A stretch of DNA of 64,000 nucleotides, taken from Octopus sinensis. Its lineage: Eukaryota. The translations under genes were made by a program, and so were the position numbers. The notes below the pieces were generated by a model that worked only from the letters and a program-made list of their open reading frames with translations, had not been told where the DNA came from and did not search any database. This document shows, piece after piece, positions 1 through 11,791 of the stretch (the stretch's first letter is position 1; every line of letters begins with the position of its first letter). The stretch lies in NCBI RefSeq assembly GCF_006345805.1, contig NC_043015.1, positions 15,314,001 to 15,378,000 of the forward strand. The letters are read 5' to 3'.

Positions 1-15
1 ACTAACCCGTTCTCT

Positions 16-427
16 GGATCTTTTCGGTTTGAACGGCAGTTTTTAACATAATTTCTAGGTAACTAAAAAATTGTAAACTTCGTATACTGGTAGAATGTGT
101 TTATAAAACATCTTTTTCTCTTGGCTTTATTGAGAAAATTCTATTGTTTGTAAGATATTTGTTGTTATTTTTCTTCAATTTCTGCAATTTCAACCAATTA
201 CTGACGTCTATTGAGGTAAAAAAACAAACATTCTGTGCCGTATGAATATGTCCCTCGTTTAAGAAACAGATTGGGTTTATTTACATTTGTGAAGAAAAAA
301 AAGATACCCTTCCCCCCACCCCTAAAACAGATTGAAATGCAATAGATCGATACTAGGGTCATAATTATGGGTGACATTTTCATATGACACCGCTAGAAAA
401 AAACTGCCGTTCAAACGGAAAAGATCC
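16..427. mobile_element. MITE, 29-bp TIRs starting GGATC, 8-bp TSD (Merlin- or hAT-like)
   Basis: TIRs 16-44 and 399-427 (1 mismatch); TSD CGTTCTCT at 8-15 and 428-435. Confidence 0.85.
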
Positions 428-754
428 CGTTCTCTTAACATTACGGACCTTGTGCCAAAATAAGAAAGAATCTCCTTGGGGTGTCCAATGTAAATGGGGA
501 AAAGAAATTAGAACGTCTATTGGTAACACCATACATACAAAATGAAAACACTGAAGTTATTTCTTACAGAACTCGGCTTCATATTTAGAGTGGACATTAA
601 CTAGCCGATTGACCTACACAAATGTTAGAATGTAAATTACGGTTCGGCTTTAAAATGTAGGTTAAGGGGCACACCGACACAAGTGACCCCCCCCCATCTC
701 CCGCACCGAATTTGTTTCCTCAATACTTCCAGAGAAACGGATATTTTTTAAGGC

Positions 755-1147
755 AATTTTCTACAAATATGTTTCAGGTAGTGTAGATTCCGATTATATC
801 GGAATTTGTTGTGAAAACAAATTTTCCGTGGGTGTGGATTGGAGTATCAGAAAATTCACACGAGTTATCTTTGTTTCCCTATAACTTTTAGAAAAAAATG
901 GGTACATTTTTTTTAATGAAATTTCCTACAAATACCTTTGAGAGTGCATAGATTACGATTATCGGAATTTCATATGAAAAAATAAAACGGTGAACACGCA
1001 CACATAATATACTGATACATCACAATTCTGTTTTGAAATTTCAAGTTTCATTTTGTAGATATGTGATTTATTATTATTATTATTATTAAATTCCGATATA
1101 ATTAGAATCTATACACTCTGAAAGGTATTTGCTGAAAATTTCATTAA
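755..1147. repeat. Three diverged ~60-bp units (two direct, one inverted), probably a DNA-transposon remnant
   Basis: 755-818, 916-980 and reverse complement of 1088-1147 share CTACAAATA...GTGTAGATT...ATCGGAATTT. Confidence 0.6.
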
Positions 1148-1725
1148 GAAATACCCATTTTTCTGAAAGTTATGAGGAAACAAAGCTGACTCATGTGAAT
1201 ATTCCAAAAACCATCTCCCCACTCACAAAAAAATCTTTTTCACATCTGAAACGGATTTGTTGAAACAGAATGGGGCACATTTGTGTAGGTATGCCGATTA
1301 CAGGTAACTGTTGGTTTGCTTCGCAATAACAACAAAGTGAGCACTGTCAAATGTTGAAGTTTGACATATGCGAACACACTAATCATGTTGTTAACCCCAG
1401 ATAAAGTCTGATGAAGCAGATCCATAATCAGTAGCAGTCTAAACACGACCATCTCGTCTTATTGTCTTCCTTGACTGTAAAGTATCTAGATCTGCACTAT
1501 GCAGCGAATCCTTACATTTTATTAAAAAGTCCGTAAGGTATAATTTGAGGGAGATATGATTGCTATTTTTAAAAAAGTCGAACGGCTACATAGAAAAGTG
1601 GTTTAGATACCCAATTTATTCACAGCAAAAGACCTAATTTCGTTTAAATGAATTTTTCCTACGGACCCTAAGTTTACAACAAACACGTTTTCAGTTTCAT
1701 ATCTACATTGAAAGGTAAATGAATT

Positions 1726-1971
1726 GGTACTACAAGCGAACAGTGGTCCCGGTGTGCGCACTCGCGCATCTGCGCTAGCTAGTCGTAAGTAGTCGATCCT
1801 ACAACGACTTTTTAACCCTAAACCTAACCCTAATTTTTTAACCCTAACCCTAGTTTGTTTATAAAAATAATTTATTTACTTAGTTTTAAAAATTGTAGGA
1901 TCGACTACTTACGACTAGCTAGCGAGGATGCGCAAGTGCGCGCACCGGGACCACTGTTAGCTTGTAGTACC
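1726..1971. mobile_element. Merlin-like MITE with ~80-bp TIRs and internal (CCCTAA)-like repeats
   Basis: Begins GGTAC and ends GTACC; perfect TSD AATGAATT at 1718-1725 and 1972-1979. Confidence 0.85.
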
Positions 1972-3387
1972 AATGAATTATTAAAAACAATTAAGTAATA
2001 ATTATATATCATACACAGCAAACTTTTAAAATTTTGAACAGAGTGGCATAGCGCAAGGGGCACGGAATGTTTGTTGTAGTCGAAGGTATGTTACATTTAC
2101 GGCTGTGAGCAGGGCAGCCAAATCCCACTGCCCCACTTTTCAGGGGCCCGCAGACCCGCAACGTTAGGAACAGCTGACAAAGTGGTTCCTTTTTAGGCTC
2201 CAATAAAATAAGCGAACATTGGAAGAATGTGATAATATGACAATATAAAAAGAATAAAATTGGAGAATAAATTACTGTGAGAAATTACTCAGCTGATGAC
2301 ATAAGTGTGAAGGTTGTCTAATGTAAACAATAGAATCAAAGCGAAATGAGCAACTTCAACAGAGCTCAACAATGTGTTCACGGAGGAATAAAGTACATAG
2401 AATATGTAAACAATACTGAAACAAAAAGATCTGTCAATTTAGGCACTACTGTAATATTGCTGTGAAGAAAATATATTATAATAGGGTGGAAACCTACCAG
2501 ATGGAAGTGAGAAACTGTTCTGGAATCAGATCCCTCGGTAAAACTGAGGCAAATTTTACACTCGCCAAAGTGCCAGCTATGATCAACAGAAGGCTCCTTG
2601 CTCGAAAGTCGGCATTCATCATTGTTTCTTTCAGTCTCTGGAGCAGGGGTCAGACAACCGTGCACCCCAAGCTGACATATTCGACAGCGCCAAGACTCTA
2701 AATCCGAGTACTTATCGCGCTCAGGACAATACTTAACTAATACGAATACATCAATCGACTGCCCGATGTAAACAGATTTGAGCTGTTGATATGCGTCATC
2801 ATCAGTAGAAAACGGTTTGTTTTTATCGGACACAATTAGTTCTAATGACGATGCTTCGTCCACATTGTCTGCATGCTCTTCCATTCTTCCATGCAGCCCT
2901 AGTCGCAGGGTATAACTTTCCTCGAGCCTCGATTACAACATTTATCACATGAAGTCTTCATTCGAACTAATATACAAATTAAATTTTTGTTGAGACTCAC
3001 TATTCTGTGTTGATTTAAACCAGTTAGTACTTAGAACGTTGGATTTAATGCACCACGCTATTTGTTCCGACTCGCAGCGCTTTGAGTTCAAATCCTGACT
3101 CATCTTTTTTGATAAAGTATTGTCCAAGGTGATGGACTGGTTGAATGTTAGAACGTCGAAGTATATCTCTTGCAGTATCTGCTTCTGCCCAAGGGATTTC
3201 CGACTTCAAATCGCATCCAGGTCACCGAGAAAAAAGGCAGGGGTCTTGCGGGGCCCGGCAAAAACAGTGAGTCCTTATCAAAATGTTCGAGTAGTATTTT
3301 AACCGATCGCTTACCATCTTAACAACAAGAGTGCAAAACGACTTCAAGTCTTGCGTACTCAACGAACGTTACATACAAACGTTATAT

Positions 3388-3653
3388 CAGTTGTTCTCAA
3401 CTAGGGTCCTTAAGGTCCTTGGGTCCATAAGGTCCATATAACATTTTGTTGCTTACGTTTATGTGCAATAAACTGGATATATTTCTACAATACATAAAAT
3501 ATTTAAACATTTAAAAAAATACAATTTCTAATAATATTTAATCACAAAAATATAATAGGAATTTTAGACATCGAATGGCTATGAGGATATTCAGTTCCTC
3601 GAGTAAAATGGGAATTAAAGGGTCCATAGGCAAAAAATGATTGAGAACCTCTG
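3388..3653. mobile_element. hAT-type MITE (older)
   Basis: CAGTTGTTCTCAAC...TTGAGAACCTCTG termini; TSD degenerate. Confidence 0.65.
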
Positions 3654-4161
3654 CAATATATACATAATGACTTGTAGGGACACAGTATTTTCGTTATGCA
3701 ACCACAATACACTATAAAATATATTAAACGGTTTTATAAGTCAATACTGTTCTACTGTGTTAGCAGTGTGCTTTACAAAATATGTAACAGTCAGTGTCCA
3801 CGAGCCCGTGTCCTCGTAAAGCCGCGAAAAAGAAAGTGACAGTTCTGTTTATTTTTTTAATGACCAAAAATGCTCTTCCACAATGTAATTGTCAGTTTTA
3901 ACACACGGTCTCAGGCAAGTCTTTCGCCAAACGAGTACATCTCTGAAAAATAATTATTATAACATACTATCTATCAGAGATAACCTTCGAAAGATAATAT
4001 TGAATTAATATTTGCAAATTAATTGTGGTTAGAGTTCATATGATTTGAAATATTAAAACAAGGAACATAGAATGCAGATTCTTGGATTCGACAGTATTTG
4101 GAGTTAATTCTCTACTTCAATTTACTCTTCAAATAGAATTTTTTCTTTGGATGCTTTAGAG

Positions 4162-4307
4162 CAGTGGTTTCCAAACTGTGGTCCGCAAAGGTCGTACCGG
4201 GGTATGTGAACATGCTAAGCTGACAGACCTTTCAATATCCTGGGGTCTGTGGGAAAACTCATTTAAATAAAAGGGGTCCTTGGTAGTGAAAAGGTTGGGA
4301 ACCACTG
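4162..4307. mobile_element. hAT (Charlie-like) MITE
   Basis: CAGTGGTTTCCAAAC...GTTGGGAACCACTG; perfect 8-bp TSD CTTTAGAG. Confidence 0.88.
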
Positions 4308-4783
4308 CTTTAGAGTATAGGAAGAGAATTTTGTGAGTGTTTTCTAAATTATGATCGAATCTCGTTAGTGCTTATCAAACTAGTGGACCTTCAAATGCTT
4401 GCCATGTAGCAGACATGAAGATGAAGCCCCTGTGGATATTTTCAAATTTTCCGTCAATTTAAAAATGTAAAAAGACTTTCCATTTTAATTTGTTTAGGAG
4501 TGACAGGAAAGAATACTTGATTTTTTTTTATTGTCCATTATCTCGATTTATTCATGTGTTGCTACCAATTCATAATCTTATTGTACTTTTAGTAGAAAAA
4601 AGTTTGATAACTTGAAACAAATAATTGAAGCAAACAATAAATGATCTAAAAGATTATAATATATTTCTGTAATTTGTGACCTGATTAAGAAAATGAAGTG
4701 AATCAATATTACAAAACTGTTTTGCTGTTCGGCTCCGACCAGCTGGTCACATCATCTGTAGTTTAATACCATTTAAATGAAAA

Positions 4784-4819
4784 ATGGCGCATCTTTCGCT
4801 TAATCAATATCTGACCAAA
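4784..4819 (+). CDS. PCID2: PCID2 exon 1 ([12 protein letters not shown])
   Basis: AAAATGG start context; GTAAGA donor at 4820; matches PCID2 N-terminus MAHITINQYL. Confidence 0.93.
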
Positions 4820-7800
4820 GTAAGAAATTAGTCTTTTTTACTAATAAAATTATCTTTTAATGTCACCTATTTTAGTAGAAAACTATAAGCAAAATCATTA
4901 GATTATTTAGTATGATGACTATTTGAAATGGTTTTGTTTTTATGATTATAAACGCATTCGGCTTGAATCAACTCCCGTCTGATGTTTATATTTTACTACA
5001 AAATAAAACTTATTTTATAATTGCTAGTGTTTTTAGTTTGCATCCAATTTGTTAATTATGCGTTAACAAATGTAGTTTTCACTTCACAACATTAGAAATA
5101 TCTGAGAAAATATGAAAATCAGAATCATGTGATTTTTAAAACTGTTATTTAGACATTTTATAATTTATTGTAATTGGTTTGCAGGTCCAACATGCATTCC
5201 GAAACGGAGACGGATTAGCGGCGGCTGTAAGTATAAAAATTAACTTCTAACGATATCATTATATTTTATTTTAAGATTTAGTGTTGCTATCGTACATTGC
5301 AATATTGTCCAGATATTACTAAACTGCCTGGTTTAAACCAGTTTTCTGTGAAACACACTTATGGTCATGGGGAAATATTACTTTGCTAGTAAATAGGTGA
5401 GAGTTAGTGACAGGAACAGCTTCTGGCCACAGAAAGTCTGCTTCAACAAATTTAATTTAAACCATGGAAACGTTGACATTAAAATGATGATAGGAGTTAG
5501 GGACGTAATTCTCTTGCAAAGGTAAAATATGATATCGTAAATAACATTAACAACAATGCAACAACTTCACAATAAACGTAAAATAAGTCCATAATTTGTG
5601 AGATATTCTTATTTGGTTCGTAATTTTTCAACGTATTGTGTTTTGTCCATGGAAGTCGAAAGCAACCTAACATGAGAAAGGTCTGGTTAGAACATTTCAA
5701 TACTGTTATTCACAATAAACTAACATTTCATTCTGTTTTATTGAGGCTTAAACGACTGTTAGAATACTTGTGTTTGTATCATGATAAACAGACTGTTATT
5801 ACACCTTCACAATGATTGGTGATAAGAAAGATGTCCAGTTGTAAATATATCATGCAAAACATTTGTATGGAACGGAAAATATGTCAGCGAAGCCTACACA
5901 ATGTGTTGGTGCTTCATGAGGTAACGATTGAAATATATGGAAGACAAGTTTTTCCAGCTAAGACCTGCATGGCGATGCAGGTGTAATCTGATGATAATGA
6001 TGCTGGTTATCATAAAAGAACATTTTAATTACTGAGTAGCTGATTTGCGAAATAGCCCTTAACTAATTTACAGTACTCATAAAGATACTGCTGTCATTAA
6101 AAAATCAACATTTTTCTCTCTTCACCGAATCATAATTTTAACTCCACTTTTGCACATGTGAAATGGGCTTTATTTCATTGTTTTGGCAATTGCTATGAGT
6201 ATGTAGTACTCCCCCTGCTACATACCTTTCTCACTTAGGTATCAACACTTGGATGCCCTTTCTACTATTAACCACTCAACTAGGATGTTATGAGCGAAAC
6301 TAGATTTTTGTCAGTTTGGCAAACTGGGCCAAGCAGAGTTATGTGCCTTGCTGAAGGGTAAAGGGTTAGGACTTATATAATTTACGACCATGTCAATAAT
6401 GTTGTACCTTCGCCTCACAGCCACTGTACTTCTATGATATCGATAGTACCATCATAATTTTAAATACTAACCCAATGAACATATTCTGATTAGTTACTCT
6501 TTCTTCTTTACATATTTGTAAACCTTTTTTTTTTTACTTTCAGACGTTGTTTTCTTTCAAACATGCTCATGTTGCAAATAGACGTTTGCAGTTGGAGAAA
6601 CCAGAATCCGATTGTCAAAATTATTTTGACCCTCCATATGATGAATTAGTTGCAGCTCATCTCAAGTAGGTACTCTTTTATTCTTTTGATTTCAGTCATT
6701 GGACTGTGGCCATGCTGGGACACCGCTTGCTTATAAGTTGATCGATCATATCCACTCCAGTTCTTATTTATCAATCTTCATCTGTTGCCTGACCAAGTTA
6801 ATTAAAAAATTTTTTTAATAAGAAGGGACGCAACTCAATACACTGATAAACAAATACATATACTGGTGTGCATATAATACATACACACACGTGTGTGTGT
6901 ATATCATCATTGTTTTAACATCCACTTTTCCATACTTCTATGGGTCAGAGAGCTGTTAAGCCAAGATGATAGAAAAATTATTATGAACGCTAGGAAGACG
7001 AGCTTATGAGAGGAGACAGTATAAGCACCTTACCTTTAGGAAAGTAATGGGCAGAAAGATAGATTCTCTTTCATCACATGTCAGCGACGAAAGAGTCGAG
7101 GAGGAGGAGTGAGAGAGAGGGAATGGTGAAGAGGAGAGGAGAAGAATAGGGAAGAGTGGGAGAGAAAACCCAGAAAGGATGAAGAACAAGAGAGGGAGAG
7201 ATAGACAGAGAAGAGATAGAAGAGTGTGCATCGTAATTATTAAGATAAACAGAAATAGAAATTATAGGAAATATCTTAGAACATGAATTTATAGAAATAT
7301 TTTCAGACAGTCAAGCTTTTAATATTGCTTTCTTTTAGTACTTTTAGTAATTGTTACATACGTAATTAATAAGCAGCTTTCTCCATTATAGTACATACCC
7401 AGCCAAAAGTCATGCACCAAAACTTTTGACTTTTATGTTATTATTATTATTCATTTCAACCATCATGTACAAGTACATGTGCATTCTTTCATCATTATTT
7501 TATTTAATTTATTCAAATTTAGAAAAATTGTCTGACAATTCCGGACCCTATTGAACCTATTTTTTGTCTTGGGACATAACTTTTGGGATGCCCTTTGTGT
7601 GTGACATGTTTCTGTCTATCTAATTCTGTTCATAATACTTTGGTCAGTCGAATGCTACAGTACATGATACAGGCCCAAAGTACTATACTGTGAGAATGAA
7701 CACAGAACCACTTGATTGTGAAGTGTAGTTGTTAATCATATGGTTCTCTGTGTGTTTCTATAATGTTTATGACATAACTTATTCTTGATTAACAAAGAAA

Positions 7801-9420
7801 CGATTAAAAGAAAATTTGTATACATAAATATGAAATAACTGAATTTGTCTTTTGCATTTCAGATGTTGCTGGGCTGTTGCAAACAGTGACTTCTTAAGTG
7901 CTTATGGTTGCCAAGCACTGGTTGTCCAATATCCTTTGAAATATTAATTTATTCATTATATAAGCAATTGTTTATTGCTGTCCTGGCTATGATCATCTTG
8001 TATTTTCTCAGATTTATTTTATACTTTTATTGATTTCAGTCATTGGACTGTGGCCTTACTGGTATATCACCTGCAAGAGTTTATAAGTTGATCATATCCA
8101 CTTCAGTTCTTATTTAACAATCTTCATTTATTGATTGGCCAAGTTAATTTTTTTTTAGTAAGAGATGCAACTCAATACACTGAGAAAGACAAATACACAT
8201 ACCTCATCATCATCATCATCGCTTAATGTCAGTTTTTCATACTGGCATGGGTTGGACAGTTTAACTGAAGACTGGCAAGCCAGTAGGTTGCACTAGACTC
8301 CAATCTGATCTGGCAAGGTTTCTACAGTTGGATGCCCTTTCTGATGCCAACCACTCTGAGAGTGTAATGGGTGCTTTTTATGTGCCACCAGCACAGGAGC
8401 CAGTCGGCACTGGCATCAACCACATTTGGAAGGTGTTTTTTATGTGCCATCGGTACGGGAGCCAGTTGGGAGGCACTGGCATTGACTCCACTCTTGAATG
8501 GTGCTTATTATGTGCCACTAATACTGGTGCCAGTCAGACGGCACTGGCTTTGGTCATGACTACGGTTTCACTTGACACAACAGGTCTACTCAAGCACAGC
8601 ATGTTACCTGGCGATTTAAGGGTATTTTTAAATGGGCTGGTTATGTGACATTGGTATTGGCCACAGCTGCGATCTCACTTTACTTGCCAGGTCTTCCCAA
8701 TCACAGCGTATCTCCAAAGGTCTCGGTCTCTTGTCATTGCCTCTGTAAGGCCCAACATTTGGAGGTAGTGCTTCACCACCTCATCCCATGTCTTCCTGTG
8801 TCTACATCTTCCACAGGTTCCTTCCACTGTTAGGGTGTGACACTTCTTCACACAGCTGTCCTCATCCATATGCAGCACATGACCATACCAGCGCAGTCAT
8901 CTCTCTTGCATACCACATCTGATGCTGCTTATGTCTAATTTTTCTCTCAGGACTCTTACACTCTATCATGTATGTACACACACATATATATATATATGTT
9001 ATATTGAGGAGAAATCAAAACCAAGCCAGAACGAGTATCTTAAGTAATTTAGAATAATTCAATTAGGGTAACGTGAATTTGAAGTCTTACAGCTGTTTCT
9101 AGGATAATCCAAGTGGTTGGTTAGCATGTCCGTGCACTGGGTATTCCATCATCAAAGACCCAGTATATGGACATGCTAACCAACCACCTGGGTTATCCCA
9201 GAAACAGGTGTAAGACTTCAAATTCACCTTACTCTTATTAAATTATTCTAAATGACTTAAGCTGCTCATTCTAATATAATATATACATGCTATAACAGAA
9301 CCCTAACACAGATCCCTAGATCCAGCCGTAGTTGTGATCTTGGAACCTAATGGTTGACCAACTATACCACTTACCCAGTGTACCTATTCGTTTAGATCAC
9401 AAGTGAACTAAACTCCTCAT

Positions 9421-9467
<47 letters not shown>

Positions 9468-11749
9468 TTTTTAAGATAGTTGTATAGTTGTATCAATATG
9501 ATTTTTACTGCTATCAAGTTATGTAAATGTTTAGAAATCACATTATGATTTGTCCAGCTGTAGATTAGACAGTGGCCTTGTAAGATTAAAATCAGTCTTG
9601 AGCTAACTGCTTCTGTCATTTTTTAAAGCTATACATTTCACTGTATTTGTAAGTTGCAAGCAGCAAGATTATTGGCACAAATATTGAAGACAGCTGATTA
9701 TTCTGATATAGTAAATAGATGATGTTTAGTGATTGAGAAAGTAAAATAAGTTGGTAGTTATTGTTATATAGCTGTTGGTCAGCTGTGATTAAGACGGTCA
9801 ATGTTAAATAAGTAGTTGATTAAATGATTTGACATGATATATTTTATGATATTCATTGCCTCAAGGAAGAACATGCAATATGAAAGAACCTCGTTCTGGT
9901 TGTGTAACCTCCTGGAAGAGATGATTTTTGAACAAAAGACCCTAGATAATAAAAATTCTCATTATTTTCCCTCTGGGTGGTTATCAGTTTGGCTGTAACA
10001 GAGTAATGCATCATATATGCCTCTACAACCACAAATATACACAAAATTGCATCTTCTGATCCTTGGGTGCCATTAATAAAATTCATTTTGTTGCAAGCAT
10101 TCAGGCCTCATCTCCAGTTCTTCCCCACCACCTGGTTTTGGGTGCCTGAAGAGAAAGAATGAAATGGAATGTCAGTAGAATGTCATGGTTGGAAATAAAT
10201 GATATGAATGTATTAAATACAAGTGTCTGCATTAATGTTTTTGTTATTTGCATTCATGAGTTATTATTGTATGTGTGTGCTTCAGAAGGTAGTTGAGATA
10301 TAAAACAAATAAGGGTTTCACCTCCTGCTTTTTATATTTTTATACAATTAACTCTTAGACTTTGCATTTCTATAAAAAAAAAACAAAAAGGTGGAAATAC
10401 CTGCTATCATATATTGGATGAGTTTATTATATGATGTATGATTGCACACAGTTTTGAAGTCCCTGAATTAAAGTTAATTAAAGACACTTAACTGTTAAAG
10501 ACTGTTGATTGATGAATATAGATGATTAATGATACTTCATAACATTCAAGAAGACCCGTCCACTACAATGGAATTGACACTGGTGCTGGTGCCACATAAA
10601 TAGCATTCAGTATACTTTGTGGAGTGGTTGGCATTAGGAAGGGCATCCAAGTGTAGAAACCCTGCTAGAAAAGACAAAGGAGCTTATTTTGGCTCCTGGT
10701 CTAACCAGCTCCAATCAAACTGTCCGACTCGTGCCAACATGGAAAACAGACTTTAGATAATGATGCTGATTAGAGGTTATGATGATGATGATGATGATGA
10801 TGATGATAAGACTTAGCCAGCAGTCAAGGAATATGTGGATTAATTTCTATTGCTGTTTACCTTTTACTAGTTCTCATCAGATGTTATCATTTTTTTTTCT
10901 GCTTGTATAATTTCAGAAAAATTCTTAGCAATTACCACCTCAATATCACATGTCAAACATTTATTTATTTAGTGTTTTATTTCTTTTTTTTTTCTATGCT
11001 AATATTGACAGAATGATTTTGCATGCTATTGAAGTATGATGCTTTTATGAATTAAGTGGGGAACCTCTTGTTAGAATGACAGATGTAGTACTTGAATTTG
11101 TGACCACTGGGTCACTTTTCCATTCCGTTAACTTCATATCCATGAGTGTGCCCCTCCCAAAATACACACACAAGTACGCACAGATATGCAAACACACACA
11201 CAATGTGTGTGTATGTGTGTATATATATATGTATATATATACACCATAAATCCTCGAGTATAGTCCGCCCTTGAGTATAATACGCAGGGGATTTTTAGGG
11301 GGCTGTAATTCTGAAAAACCTAAACCTTGTGTATAATACGCACCTCTTCTCTAACTTGAGTCAAGGAGGTCTATATAACGTCCTTGGTTTGTAAAACTAT
11401 ACGGTAACGTCCTTTATTATTATTGTACATATAACATAATGCAAACGTGTAGCTTTTTTGTGCATTTTGTTTGCAGAAAATAAAGAAATAACAGTAATAA
11501 CGTTTAATAAATGTTGCTTCTGCAAATTATGGATGATTCTTATATGACTTCATTGCTTTCAGGCTTAGCTTAAGGTATTTTCACGCCGACATCACAAAAT
11601 GCGTTTGAATAAACATTGCCGGACAGCAAATAGAGACTCGAACATTGCTTTGAAAATAATTTTCATTTTTAACCTCGTATATAATATGCATTAGGGATTT
11701 TGACCTTTAAATTTTGGGAAAAAAGTGCGGATTATACTCGAGGATTTAC

Positions 11750-11791
<42 letters not shown>

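Noticed and set aside
1240-1480. Minus-strand exon for a divergent gene
   Set aside because: The candidate TTTACAG acceptor leads to early stops in all three frames.
1815-1855. CTAACCCT tract as a telomerase RNA template or true telomere
   Set aside because: It lies inside a TIR/TSD-bounded MITE with imperfect repeats and has no telomerase RNA context.
2143-3256. GC-rich 15-bp inverted match (2143-2157 versus 3241-3256) as TIRs
   Set aside because: It needs two gaps, has no TSD, and is plausibly chance.
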